Assembly (NCBI GenBank): GCA_020851415.1
Contig: JADZCU010000030.1
Location: 4,770 to 68,769, forward strand
DNA length: 64,000 bases
Reading direction: 5' to 3'
Source of the DNA: Candidatus Peregrinibacteria bacterium
GTDB lineage: Bacteria > Patescibacteriota > Gracilibacteria > UBA1369
The translations under genes and the position numbers were made by a program. Position 1 is the first letter of the stretch. Each line of letters opens with the position of its first letter. Below are positions 26,945-36,111 of this stretch, in pieces. Below the pieces are notes generated by a model that made no database searches, was not told the origin of the DNA, and worked only from the letters and a program-made list of their open reading frames with translations.

Positions 26945-27316
26945 ATGATTAAAAAAATTGTTTTGGGGATTGCGCTGAATGGTTTGGCGCTTTATGTGGT
27001 GACGCTGTTTTTGACTGACATACAATATACTGGTGGTGTGAAGTTTTTTATTATTGGTGGTTTGACGATTGGTATTTTGAATACGTTTGTGAAACCTTTG
27101 ATGAAATTGTTGTCATTTCCGATGATGATTATGACCATTGGGCTGTTCTCTATCGTGATTAACGCTATTATCTTCTGGTTGACCACCAAGGTCGTGAATG
27201 GTATAAATCTTGCTGATGTGTCCGTTGTGGTTGGCAGTCCCTGGACTTACGTAATTGCTGCCTTGTTCTTTGGCCTGGTAAACGGCGCAATTCACATGGT
27301 TATCCGCAATAAGTAA
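26945..27316 (+). CDS. small 4-TM protein, phage-holin-4_2/DUF360-like (YvlD family)
   Basis: 123 aa with four hydrophobic helices. The FVKPLMKLLSFPMMIMTIGLFSIVINAIIFWLT block resembles this family. Confidence 0.6.
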   Translation: MIKKIVLGIALNGLALYVVTLFLTDIQYTGGVKFFIIGGLTIGILNTFVKPLMKLLSFPMMIMTIGLFSIVINAIIFWLTTKVVNGINLADVSVVVGSPWTYVIAALFFGLVNGAIHMVIRNK

Positions 27317-27329
27317 AACTTTCTTTTTT

Positions 27330-27548
27330 ATGCATACAGCCCTCAAATATTTTCAGCTTATTATCTCTATCTTCCTGATTTTAGCCATTGTTATTCAGAG
27401 ACGAGGCGCGGGTCTTTCTGAAAGCATGGGTGGATCCGGAACTATTTACACTACTAAACGCGGTGCGGAGAAAGTTGTTTTCAATGCAACCGTTATTTTG
27501 GCAGTGCTCTTTGTGCTTTCTGCACTTGCGTTTCTTTTTGTTAGCTAA
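27330..27548 (+). CDS. secG: preprotein translocase subunit SecG
   Basis: 72 aa. Two TM helices flank the Gly-rich loop IQRRGAGLSESMGGSG, the usual SecG layout. Confidence 0.7.
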   Translation: MHTALKYFQLIISIFLILAIVIQRRGAGLSESMGGSGTIYTTKRGAEKVVFNATVILAVLFVLSALAFLFVS

Positions 27549-27556
27549 AACTTCCC

Positions 27557-29386
27557 ATGGCACGATTCTGGCAGGTTCTCCTGCGGGTCCTTCGTACCTA
27601 CTCGATTGAGGAAAAGGTCATTAGTATTATTGCGGTGACTCTGGTATTGGTGAGCGTAGTCCACGGGGCTGTGGAAATTTTTAAGACTCCCGGTCTTTTT
27701 AGTGAGGGAGGTATTTATAGTGAAGGTATTGTGAACTCGCAGGGGGCACAGGTTATCTTGAACCCGGTGTTTTTTAATCTTTCAGATGCCAACCGTGATA
27801 TTTCGAGTCTGATTTTTTCGGGACTTACCAAATATGATCCAAAAGTGAAAGCTTTTGTGCCCGATTTAGCTAATGTGACGATTAGTGAGGATAAAAAGAC
27901 TTATAAATTTACGCTGAAGGATAATATTCAGTGGCATGACGGTCAGCCTCTTACTATTGATGATGTTTACTATACCTACCATGACGTTATTGAAAATCCT
28001 GATTTCCATAACCAGTCACTGCAGGCAAATTTTGCCGGTGTGGAGATTAAAAAGGTAGATGAGAAGAGTATTGAGTTTACTTTGAGTTCACCGAACTCAT
28101 TTTTCATAACCAATACCAATGTTGGTATTTTGCCAAGACATCTTTTGGAAAATGTGGCAGTTGCAGATTTAGTTATGGATCCGTTTAATATAAAACCTGT
28201 CGGTACCGGACCTTACCGCGTTGATTCACCAATGGAAACTTTTAATGATGGTCGACAGCGTGTCATTCTTTCAGCGAATGATAAATTTTATGCGGAATTA
28301 CCGAAGATTAAAAACATTCGTTTTAACGTCTACCCCGACAATGCTTCTTTGCTGAAGGAACAAAACGCAAATAATGTTATTACTAAGGTTCCCCGTGAAA
28401 TTCAGGAAAGTCTGGAAATGTCTGGACGTTTTTCTTTCAAGAACTTTGAGCTACCTCAATATACGGCAGTTTTCTTTAATATGGACTCGCCGATTTTGAA
28501 AAAAGAAAAGGTAAGGCTGGCATTGTTGAAAGCGGTGGATAAAAGCCAACTTTTGGCTTTGTTTACCAGGAAAATTGCAGTAGATACGCCTTTGATGGAA
28601 TTACAGCAAACCGACTGGATTTATAAACCAAATGTAGATGAAGCAAAAGGATCAATGTATGACGCAGGTTACAAACTTTCAAAGGAGGAAGGTGCTATTT
28701 ATAGAAAAGATGCTGAAGGAAAAGATTTGGAAATAAGACTTTTGGCACGACAGTTTGAGGAGGGGACAACGCAGGCTGATGAAACGCAAAAAACCATCGA
28801 TTTCCTTGTGAAATCCTGGGAGGTGATCGGTGTTAAAGTTACCGCTCAGATTGAACCAAAGAGTGTATTTGATGAAAAACTTCAGGCACGTGATTACGAT
28901 ATGATCCTTACTGGTCAAAGTATGGGATATAATTTTGACACGTACTCTTTCTGGCATTCAAGTCAGGCGCAGGCACAAGGATTGAATCTTTCAAATTATC
29001 GAAGTTTTGCCGTGGATAGTTTAATCGAGAGTATCCGTGACACATTTGATAATGATAAAAAGACTGAGCTTTTAACTCAGCTTGCCCGTGAGATCTCTTT
29101 GGATAATCCGGCTATTTTCCTTTACAGACCAAGCTATGTGTTTGGGACGGATGGTAAAGTGAAAAATATTGGACTTGAAAATTTGGCTTTCCAGGCTGAT
29201 CGTTTTGCCCATGTAAGTGATTGGTGCATTAACTGTCCGGCAGGTAGCCAATCCTCTCTGGAGCAGTCGTCGTCTTCAATGCAGGTCTCAGTTGTAGAAA
29301 TCCCAACTACACAGCAACAAGTTACTACTCAGCAGCCGGCTCCTGCGACGCAGCAGGTTTCAACTCAGGTTACTACGCAACAATAG
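27557..29386 (+). CDS. ABC-transporter substrate-binding protein, family 5 (peptide/nickel type), with Gln/Thr-rich tail
   Basis: 609 aa. N-terminal anchor helix, family-5 blocks (KDNIQWHDGQPLTIDDVYYTY, GTGPYRV), and the C-terminal low-complexity tail TTQQQVTTQQPAPATQQVSTQVTTQQ. No permease or ATPase gene is adjacent. Confidence 0.8.
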   Translation: MARFWQVLLRVLRTYSIEEKVISIIAVTLVLVSVVHGAVEIFKTPGLFSEGGIYSEGIVNSQGAQVILNPVFFNLSDANRDISSLIFSGLTKYDPKVKAFVPDLANVTISEDKKTYKFTLKDNIQWHDGQPLTIDDVYYTYHDVIENPDFHNQSLQANFAGVEIKKVDEKSIEFTLSSPNSFFITNTNVGILPRHLLENVAVADLVMDPFNIKPVGTGPYRVDSPMETFNDGRQRVILSANDKFYAELPKIKNIRFNVYPDNASLLKEQNANNVITKVPREIQESLEMSGRFSFKNFELPQYTAVFFNMDSPILKKEKVRLALLKAVDKSQLLALFTRKIAVDTPLMELQQTDWIYKPNVDEAKGSMYDAGYKLSKEEGAIYRKDAEGKDLEIRLLARQFEEGTTQADETQKTIDFLVKSWEVIGVKVTAQIEPKSVFDEKLQARDYDMILTGQSMGYNFDTYSFWHSSQAQAQGLNLSNYRSFAVDSLIESIRDTFDNDKKTELLTQLAREISLDNPAIFLYRPSYVFGTDGKVKNIGLENLAFQADRFAHVSDWCINCPAGSQSSLEQSSSSMQVSVVEIPTTQQQVTTQQPAPATQQVSTQVTTQQ

Positions 29387-29481
29387 ATATGTCTGTTCTG
29401 TGGTGCGGGCAAGTGTGAAAGCTTTACTTTTTGTCTGTTTTCCACTATAAAAGTTAGGCAATTATTTCTAATTTAGTAGTT

Positions 29482-29928
29482 ATGCAGGTCGTTTTCTTAA
29501 AAGACGTGGCAAAAGTGGCACGAAAAGGTGATGTGAAAAATGTTAAAAACGGTTATTTCAGTAATTATCTTTTTCCTAATAAGGTTGCTGTTATGGCTTC
29601 ACCAGCAATGCTTAAACGTGTTGAGGCTCTCCGCAAACAGATGTTGTTGGAAAAGGCACGTGTAGCTGAACAAGCTCAGGAAATTAAAAACAAGCTTGAA
29701 GACAAGAAGTTCACACTTAAGCAGAAATCCAAGGGCGATAAGCTTTACGGATCTATCACTGAAAAGGACATTTGCGATGTTATCATGAAGGATGCAAAGA
29801 TTGCTCTCTCAAAAGAGAACGTTGTTCTCTCAGGCCATATCAAGGTTGTTGGTAACTATGAAATTACCCTCAAACTTTCTGACGATATATCAGCTAAGGT
29901 ACTTTTGGAGGTAAAAGGTGAAAAATAA
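29482..29928 (+). CDS. rplI: 50S ribosomal protein L9
   Basis: 148 aa. MQVVFLKDVAKVARKGDVKNVKNGYFSNYLFPNKVAV. Confidence 0.9.
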   Translation: MQVVFLKDVAKVARKGDVKNVKNGYFSNYLFPNKVAVMASPAMLKRVEALRKQMLLEKARVAEQAQEIKNKLEDKKFTLKQKSKGDKLYGSITEKDICDVIMKDAKIALSKENVVLSGHIKVVGNYEITLKLSDDISAKVLLEVKGEK

Positions 29929-30343
29929 AGGGAAAATTCTTGCTATAGACTTAGGACAAGCACACATCGGGTTGGCTCTCACCGACCCTGATCAGGTGCT
30001 TGTTTTTGGTAAGGGGACTTTGCGAGGTTTTAAGCGGCTGGAAGAGATATTTCAGGCGGTGAAAGAGCTGTGCGTGAAAGAGAAGGTGGTGCTGGTGGTT
30101 ATGGGTTTACCTCTTGATGAAGAGGAAAATGCCACTTCACAGAGTGAACGGATACAGCGACTGGGCGCGCAATTGGAGGCGTTTTTAGGTGATATTCCGG
30201 TGCATTATGTGGATGAGTCTTTTACAAGCTATGAAGCAAGTGAGTTTTTGGCTTCCAGAGGCGTAAAAGGTTCAAATCGTAAGCCTCATGAAGATGAGAT
30301 GGCTGCGGTGCAGATTCTGGAGCGCTATTTGAAGCACAAATAG
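29918..30343 (+). CDS. ruvX: Holliday-junction resolvase-like RuvX/YqgF
   Basis: 141 aa. ILAIDLGQAHIGLALTD and VDESFTSYEA. A GTG start overlaps rplI by 11 nt. Confidence 0.85.
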   Translation: MKNKGKILAIDLGQAHIGLALTDPDQVLVFGKGTLRGFKRLEEIFQAVKELCVKEKVVLVVMGLPLDEEENATSQSERIQRLGAQLEAFLGDIPVHYVDESFTSYEASEFLASRGVKGSNRKPHEDEMAAVQILERYLKHK

Positions 30344-30394
30344 CCTTAATTAAAAGCCGTTTTTAGGTTATAATAATAGAAGACTGTAGAACTC

Positions 30395-33193
30395 GTGTTT
30401 ATGGACACATTATCGTTGATTTTGAACGGACTTATAGCCATTATTGGCTTTGTAGCATTCCGTGTTTTTTTGGAGAAATTTATTGCCGGCAGACAGGAGA
30501 AGCGTCGTCGCGGGCAAAAGATGATGACGTTGCAGATTCGCGTAGCGAAGGATAATGAAACCGGTCCAATAGTTGCGGAACAAATGTTTTCGACTATTCA
30601 CAGTATCGCGAAGCATTTTAGTTTTTGGGATCGTTTAAGCGGTAAGTCACAAGATCAGGTAAGTTTTGAAATTGCTAATGTGGACAGGAACATTAAGTTT
30701 TATGTTCATTTTCCTGAGAGGCTTAGAAATTTGGTCGAAGGACAGATTTACGCGCAGTATGCCAATGCGGAAATTGTTGATGTCCCTGATTATTCTGCCG
30801 CAAGGTCTGCTGAGGTTCTTATTCCAAAAGATAAAGATACGGCTGAAGGTCGCGAATCAAAAGCTTTGGTACCAGTGAATGCATTGAATAAAAAAGGGGA
30901 GAAGGATAGTTTTGTTATTAAAGATTTCCAGAATGCAGTCGGTGTGGAACTCGGTCTTGGTGAACCTGATGTTTTTCCAATTAAGCGTTATCCTCAGTTT
31001 GAGGATAAGAAATCCAAAGTGGCGTTAGATCCCTTGGCGGCTATTACTTCAACGCTGTCCAAGTTCAATCATCCGGATGAACAAGCTTGGATTCAGTTGG
31101 TGGTACGACCATTGGAAGATAAATGGCGTCTGGTTTTTACCAAGTGCATTCGTATGCTCAGTAAAGGCATGTATATGCATATTGAGTCTTTGCAGAAGAT
31201 GCATGCCCGTGCCTATATCACTAGAAATCGTGTTACCCGTATTATATTTTTCCCGGTTTATTGGCTTTTTGCTTTACAATCCTTCAAAGGTGGAGGTGTG
31301 AACCTGGAACATCCGGTGCATAGTGAAAGTGAGATTGAGGAACAGACTTCACGTACACACGATAAGGAAACCAGTACTATTGCTGCCATCGATAAAGTAG
31401 GTAAGTTGATGTATGAGGTTACTGCCCGCATTGTTTACATCCCCCGTATACCAGATAAAGAAGTGGCCATGGCAAAACTCCGTGAAATTGCCGGTTCTTT
31501 TAAGCAGTTTAATATTCCTCATTTAAATGGATTTGAGATTGAAGAAACTCTTCATGGTGAAGAGGCGATTGAGAGTTATCACCGTCGTGATATGAAGAAG
31601 AGTTTTATTTTGAATGTTGAGGAACTTGCCACTATTTGGCATTTACCAAATACAACCGTTACCACTCCAAATATTTATTGGGTTCGTTCAAAACGTGTAG
31701 AACCGCCGATTGATCTTCCATTACCGGGAAGTGTTCCGGAAGAGGATTTGACGATCTTGGGTCGTACAAATTTCCGCTCGTCCAATCAGACGTTTGGTAT
31801 TAAGACACTGGACCGCCGCCGTCATATTTACATCATCGGTAAGACAGGTATGGGAAAGTCTACTTTGCTTGAAAATATGATTTTTTCAGATATCCAGGCG
31901 GGCCGAGGGTTGGCAGTTGTTGATCCGCACGGAGATTTGGCGGATGCGGTTTTGAATTTTGTTCCGGCACGCCGTACCAACGATGTTGTTTTGTTTGACC
32001 CGTCGGATCGTGATTTCCCTGTGGCGTTTAACATGCTGGAAAATATTGATCCTTCCTTGAATACTATTGTGTGTTCGGGCCTTGTTGGAATTTTTAAAAA
32101 GATTTATGCGGAAAGCTGGGGTCCACGTTTGGAACATATTTTGCGTAATACGATTCTTTCACTTCTTGAGTATCCAAATACCACAATGCTTGGTATTCCC
32201 CGCATTTTGCAGGATAAAGACTTTAGAGCGCGTGTGATTCGGAAGATCTCTGATCCGATTGTTAAAAGTTTCTGGGTGAATGAGTTTGAAAAAATGGATC
32301 CAAAGAATCGCGTGGAGGCTATCTCTCCAATTTTGAATAAAGTTGGTCAGTTTTTATCTTCTCCAATTATTCGTAATATTCTTGGACAGCCGCAGAGTGC
32401 CATAGATTTGCGCTTTGCCATGGATCATAAAAAGATCGTTATTGTAAATCTTTCCAAAGGTAAAATTGGTGAAGATACTTCGTCACTGCTCGGTTCCATG
32501 ATGATTACCAAGTTTCAGTTGGATGCTATGAGTCGTGCCAATATCCCTGAAAAAGATCGTACGGATTTCTATTTGTATGTTGATGAGTTCCAGAACTTTG
32601 CTACCGACTCTTTTGCGACAATTTTGTCCGAGGCTCGTAAATATAAACTGAACTTAACCATGGCAAACCAGTATATTGCCCAGATGCCTGAAGAGGTTCG
32701 TGATGCGGTGTTTGGTAACGTGGGTAGTATTTTGTCTTTTCAGGTGGGTTTTGATGATGCTGAATATTTGTCTTCACAGTATGGTGAAGAGGTGCTGCCT
32801 CCTGACCTTGTTTCTTTGAATAAATATACGGCGTATACGCGTTTATTGGTTGATGGTATGCCTACCAAAACTTTCTCTTTGGATACGCTGGCTCCGCCTC
32901 AATTTGAGCCGGAAGAAGGTCGCCGTGAAAAAGTTATTCGTATGTCCCGTGAAAGATATGCCAGCCGTCGTGAAGTGGTTGAAGATAAGATTCGTCGCTG
33001 GCATGAAAATGCTTCGGCAGAAGAGTTACCTATGGGTAAAAAGGCTGAAATTGATACGGCTCCGGAAAAGAAAGAGTTACCCCCACCAGGATCTGCTCCG
33101 ACAGCTATACCAGAAAAAAGGCAGACACCGTCTGCACCAAAAGTTCAGCAAAAACAACAATCTTCAAAACCAACTCATAAACCTAAGAAATAA
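30395..33193 (+). CDS. membrane-anchored TraD/VirD4/HerA-like P-loop ATPase (type IV coupling-protein-like)
   Basis: 932 aa. N-terminal TM helix (LILNGLIAIIGFVAFRVFL), Walker A YIIGKTGMGKSTLLENM, Walker B-like FYLYVDEFQNFAT, and a Pro/Lys/Gln-rich tail. The start is either the GTG at 30395 or the ATG at 30401. Confidence 0.75.
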   Translation: MFMDTLSLILNGLIAIIGFVAFRVFLEKFIAGRQEKRRRGQKMMTLQIRVAKDNETGPIVAEQMFSTIHSIAKHFSFWDRLSGKSQDQVSFEIANVDRNIKFYVHFPERLRNLVEGQIYAQYANAEIVDVPDYSAARSAEVLIPKDKDTAEGRESKALVPVNALNKKGEKDSFVIKDFQNAVGVELGLGEPDVFPIKRYPQFEDKKSKVALDPLAAITSTLSKFNHPDEQAWIQLVVRPLEDKWRLVFTKCIRMLSKGMYMHIESLQKMHARAYITRNRVTRIIFFPVYWLFALQSFKGGGVNLEHPVHSESEIEEQTSRTHDKETSTIAAIDKVGKLMYEVTARIVYIPRIPDKEVAMAKLREIAGSFKQFNIPHLNGFEIEETLHGEEAIESYHRRDMKKSFILNVEELATIWHLPNTTVTTPNIYWVRSKRVEPPIDLPLPGSVPEEDLTILGRTNFRSSNQTFGIKTLDRRRHIYIIGKTGMGKSTLLENMIFSDIQAGRGLAVVDPHGDLADAVLNFVPARRTNDVVLFDPSDRDFPVAFNMLENIDPSLNTIVCSGLVGIFKKIYAESWGPRLEHILRNTILSLLEYPNTTMLGIPRILQDKDFRARVIRKISDPIVKSFWVNEFEKMDPKNRVEAISPILNKVGQFLSSPIIRNILGQPQSAIDLRFAMDHKKIVIVNLSKGKIGEDTSSLLGSMMITKFQLDAMSRANIPEKDRTDFYLYVDEFQNFATDSFATILSEARKYKLNLTMANQYIAQMPEEVRDAVFGNVGSILSFQVGFDDAEYLSSQYGEEVLPPDLVSLNKYTAYTRLLVDGMPTKTFSLDTLAPPQFEPEEGRREKVIRMSRERYASRREVVEDKIRRWHENASAEELPMGKKAEIDTAPEKKELPPPGSAPTAIPEKRQTPSAPKVQQKQQSSKPTHKPKK

Positions 33194-33567
33194 TGGAACC
33201 TATTGTTACTCATAACGCTCCGGCCGCGATCGGCCCATATAGTCAGGCTGTAAAAGTGAACGGGTTTGTTTATTGTTCGGGGCAAATTCCTTTACGTCCG
33301 GATGGGAGTCAGGTTGATGGAAATATTACAGAGCAGACTACTCAGGTTTTGAAAAATTTGCAGGCGGTTCTTCAGGAGGCCGGAAGTGGTTTTGATAAAG
33401 TTGTGAAAGTAACGGTGTATTTGAAAGATATGAAAATGTTTCAGGAGTTTAACGAGGTGTATGGAACTTTTTTTGGTCAGCACAAACCTGCACGGGCAAC
33501 GGTTGGTGTGAATGAGCTCCCCAAAGGCGCACTGGTGGAAATTGAGTGTGTGGCCGTAACTGAATAA
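33193..33567 (+). CDS. ridA: RidA/YjgF-family reactive-intermediate deaminase
   Basis: 124 aa. APAAIGPYSQAVKVNGFVYCSGQIPL and ARATVGVNELPKGALVEIE. The ATG overlaps the upstream stop (TAATG). Confidence 0.9.
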   Translation: MEPIVTHNAPAAIGPYSQAVKVNGFVYCSGQIPLRPDGSQVDGNITEQTTQVLKNLQAVLQEAGSGFDKVVKVTVYLKDMKMFQEFNEVYGTFFGQHKPARATVGVNELPKGALVEIECVAVTE

Positions 33568-33610
33568 CGTTTTACAAAAAAAATCTGGTGTACGTTTCAA
33601 AATAAAAGGT

Positions 33611-34882
33611 ATGCCGAAAAACACAATACATTCAAAACAGCGATATTTAATCATGTGCGTCCGTTGCGGCAAAACGGTGGACGAACGGCATGATCAAACG
33701 CTTTGTGGTGCCTGCGGCGGCCCTCTTGATCTGGCCTGGAACTACGCGAACTTGAAAGACTGGATGCCCGATTCCACCATTGAAGGAGCCGTTATGCGGT
33801 ACGCGGCGCTTTTGCCCATACAAAAATTTGATACGAACCTGACTTTGCAAGAAGGGGATACTCCTTTGTATAAGTTGGAGAGTCTTGGGAAAAAATTGGG
33901 TTTACGAAATTTGTATGTGAAAAATGAAGGGGCGAATCCGACAGGTGTTTTTAAGGATCGTGGAACGTATGTTGAAGTTTTGAAAGCGAAAGAGCTGCGT
34001 GAAAAAGCTTTGATTGTGGCTTCTTCCGGCAATATGGCAGCTTCTTGTGCGGCTTATACTGCTAAAGCTCAAATGCCATGTTATGTGCTGGTGCCTGAAA
34101 CTACACCCGTTGGGAAACTGGTACAGATGCTTGAGTATGGAGCCCATGTGGTAAAAATTACAGGTGAGTATTCGGATTGTGTGAGATTGGCTCAAAAACT
34201 GGCACCGCTCCATAATTTGTATTTGGCGGGGGATTTTGTTTTTCGTCGTGAAGGGCAAAAAACTTTGGCTTATGAACTTTGCGATGAGTTTCAACGCATG
34301 GAAAAGTTTTCCGGTAAAAAAATTGATGCTCCTGATGTGGTGATTGTCCCTATGGGAGCCGGGACTCATTTGGCTGGAATATGGAAAGGTTTTAAGGACT
34401 ATTTCCAACTCGGATTCATTACCAAAATGCCGCGCATGATTGGCGTGCAGGCGGATGGGTCGGCTGTGATTGTTGAGGCTTTTGATAAGAACTTAACCAG
34501 ATGCGGTACATGGAAAAAAACTTCGACGATCTGTTCTGCGGTTGCAGTCGCTGATCCGCTTGATGGCGATTTTGCTTTGCAGGCGGTTTATCAAACCGGT
34601 GGAACTATGCTTTCGATTTCCGATACAGAAACTTTGAAAGCACAGAAATTGCTGGCGGAGGTAGAGGCGCTTTTTGTTGAACCATCTTCGGCTCTTACGA
34701 TTGCAGCTTTACCCCACTTGTTTGCAAGGAAATTGATAAAAAATGGAGAGAGGATCGTTTGTGTTGCTACCGGGAATGGCCTAAAAGATCCTCAAACTCC
34801 TTTGATGAGTTTACCTCAGCCGCCAATTTTAGCGGCGAATGAGGATGTTGTAAGCCGCTATTTGCAGCGAAAAATTGGTTGA
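33611..34882 (+). CDS. thrC: threonine synthase (PLP-dependent) with N-terminal zinc-ribbon
   Basis: 423 aa. CVRCGKTV...CGACGG Cys pairs and the PLP-lysine block NEGANPTGVFKDRG. Confidence 0.85.
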   Translation: MPKNTIHSKQRYLIMCVRCGKTVDERHDQTLCGACGGPLDLAWNYANLKDWMPDSTIEGAVMRYAALLPIQKFDTNLTLQEGDTPLYKLESLGKKLGLRNLYVKNEGANPTGVFKDRGTYVEVLKAKELREKALIVASSGNMAASCAAYTAKAQMPCYVLVPETTPVGKLVQMLEYGAHVVKITGEYSDCVRLAQKLAPLHNLYLAGDFVFRREGQKTLAYELCDEFQRMEKFSGKKIDAPDVVIVPMGAGTHLAGIWKGFKDYFQLGFITKMPRMIGVQADGSAVIVEAFDKNLTRCGTWKKTSTICSAVAVADPLDGDFALQAVYQTGGTMLSISDTETLKAQKLLAEVEALFVEPSSALTIAALPHLFARKLIKNGERIVCVATGNGLKDPQTPLMSLPQPPILAANEDVVSRYLQRKIG

Positions 34883-34969
34883 AAGTTTATAAAAAGATGA
34901 TAATCAATAATAGATTTTATTGACTCTTTTTTACGGTGGAACAATAATCGACCGTAATTTTTTTGAGTT

Positions 34970-35975
34970 ATGCTGTCAGAAAATCATTATACGGATCTCG
35001 AAAGGGAAGCTTCTGATGTTGAACGGTTTCAGCATGAACAGACCAGCTATATTGCTGACATGCTCCCGCGAAAACATCAAATTTTGTGTATTGATAACAG
35101 CGGCGCGCCCACGATCACCGGAAAACCGAATAATCGAAATTTTACCGATCTGCCTCCAAGGTTACAGGAGCTGTTTCTTGCGGCTCAGAAAGGTAAATCG
35201 CGTCAGGGTGGTACAGCGCCGCTTTTTAGATCTATGCTTGGTTACGAGCCGGGCGATGATCGCTTTTGCGTTTGGCAACCGTATACCAGTCATGGAGTTG
35301 AATTTACAAACGATTTGAGTAGATTTATCGCTATTGTGGCAACTGGTTCCGGAGCCATGGCTACTGAGTATGGGGAAACACCCTGGATGCAGCAATTAGA
35401 GGTAGTGCTGGATGAACGCGAACAAAGGAGAATCCCTGCTCTTTTTGTTTGTTTTACCCATCAATTGGAAGCTCAACGAAATGGTGGAGATGTGAAATGG
35501 ATTGAATCACCAGATGGTAAAAATGTGCGGGAGTTTGGTATTAGTACTGTCCAAGCAGCGCAGGGGAAAAATAGCAGTACTTTTTTCTCTCAACTTCCGG
35601 ATGAGTTGGTAAATGCCGGCGTCACATTCGCAACATGTTGTCCAAATCCCTTCAACCGGAATGGTGACCTATTCAAATGATGTAAGTCGGGCTCAGGCTA
35701 TTGCCTATGATAACTCCAACCTCTGGACTATTCAGAACCACCCGGAAGTTCTTGCCTCTACTCTTACATCTATACTTATGCTTCGCCATGAAACTATTGG
35801 CGAAGAGATGAATCAAGCCGGTGAGAAGTTGGCGGATCGACATTTTAGAGCTGGGAGTGTTGAAGCGCTGCGTGATCGTATTGTGGGGTCTGTTGATGTT
35901 ATTAAAGAAACACGAGAGTCGGTTTTTCGGGCGTTTCAGGCGCAGGTGGTTGATTGTTTAAGACGATCTAAATAG
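34970..35975 (+). pseudogene. class-I glutamine amidotransferase-like gene split by a +1 frameshift near 35613-35625
   Basis: ORF 34970-35680 carries the strand/loop pattern IAIVATGSG...PWM...IPALFVCFTHQLEA (nucleophile-elbow Cys, residue 161). The continuation SHSQHVVQIPSTGMV...LWTIQNHPEV (His-x-Glu of the triad) is in the next frame (track ORF 35613-35975). The Cys-to-His spacing after joining is about 96 residues, as in GATase1 domains. Frame 0 is closed by TAA at 35610-35612, so the shift must lie at 35613-35680. Confidence 0.55.
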
Positions 35976-36111
35976 GTAGAGTGTAGTTGGGTGGTGTAAT
36001 AGAAATGTCATGATTGGTTTACACGTCTCTGGTGATTATGGTTCAGAGATGGAATATTGACAAATTTGCTGAATCATGGTTTAATGTCACCTTATTACTA
36101 CACTCTTTATT

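Noticed and set aside
29290-29386. Apparent repeat at the 3' end of the family-5 SBP gene
   Set aside because: This is codon-level low complexity (Gln/Thr/Val) within a CDS, not a DNA tandem repeat or a CRISPR-like array.
34920-35318. 132-aa ORF in a third frame overlapping the GATase-like gene
   Set aside because: It has no motif, and it overlaps the frame that carries recognisable GATase1 blocks.
35978-36106. 10-bp complementarity (AGAGTGTAGT / ACTACACTCT) bracketing the spacer before the 320-aa acidic protein gene
   Set aside because: It is a single 10-bp match with no supporting inner helices. It could sequester the start region, but it is also compatible with chance.
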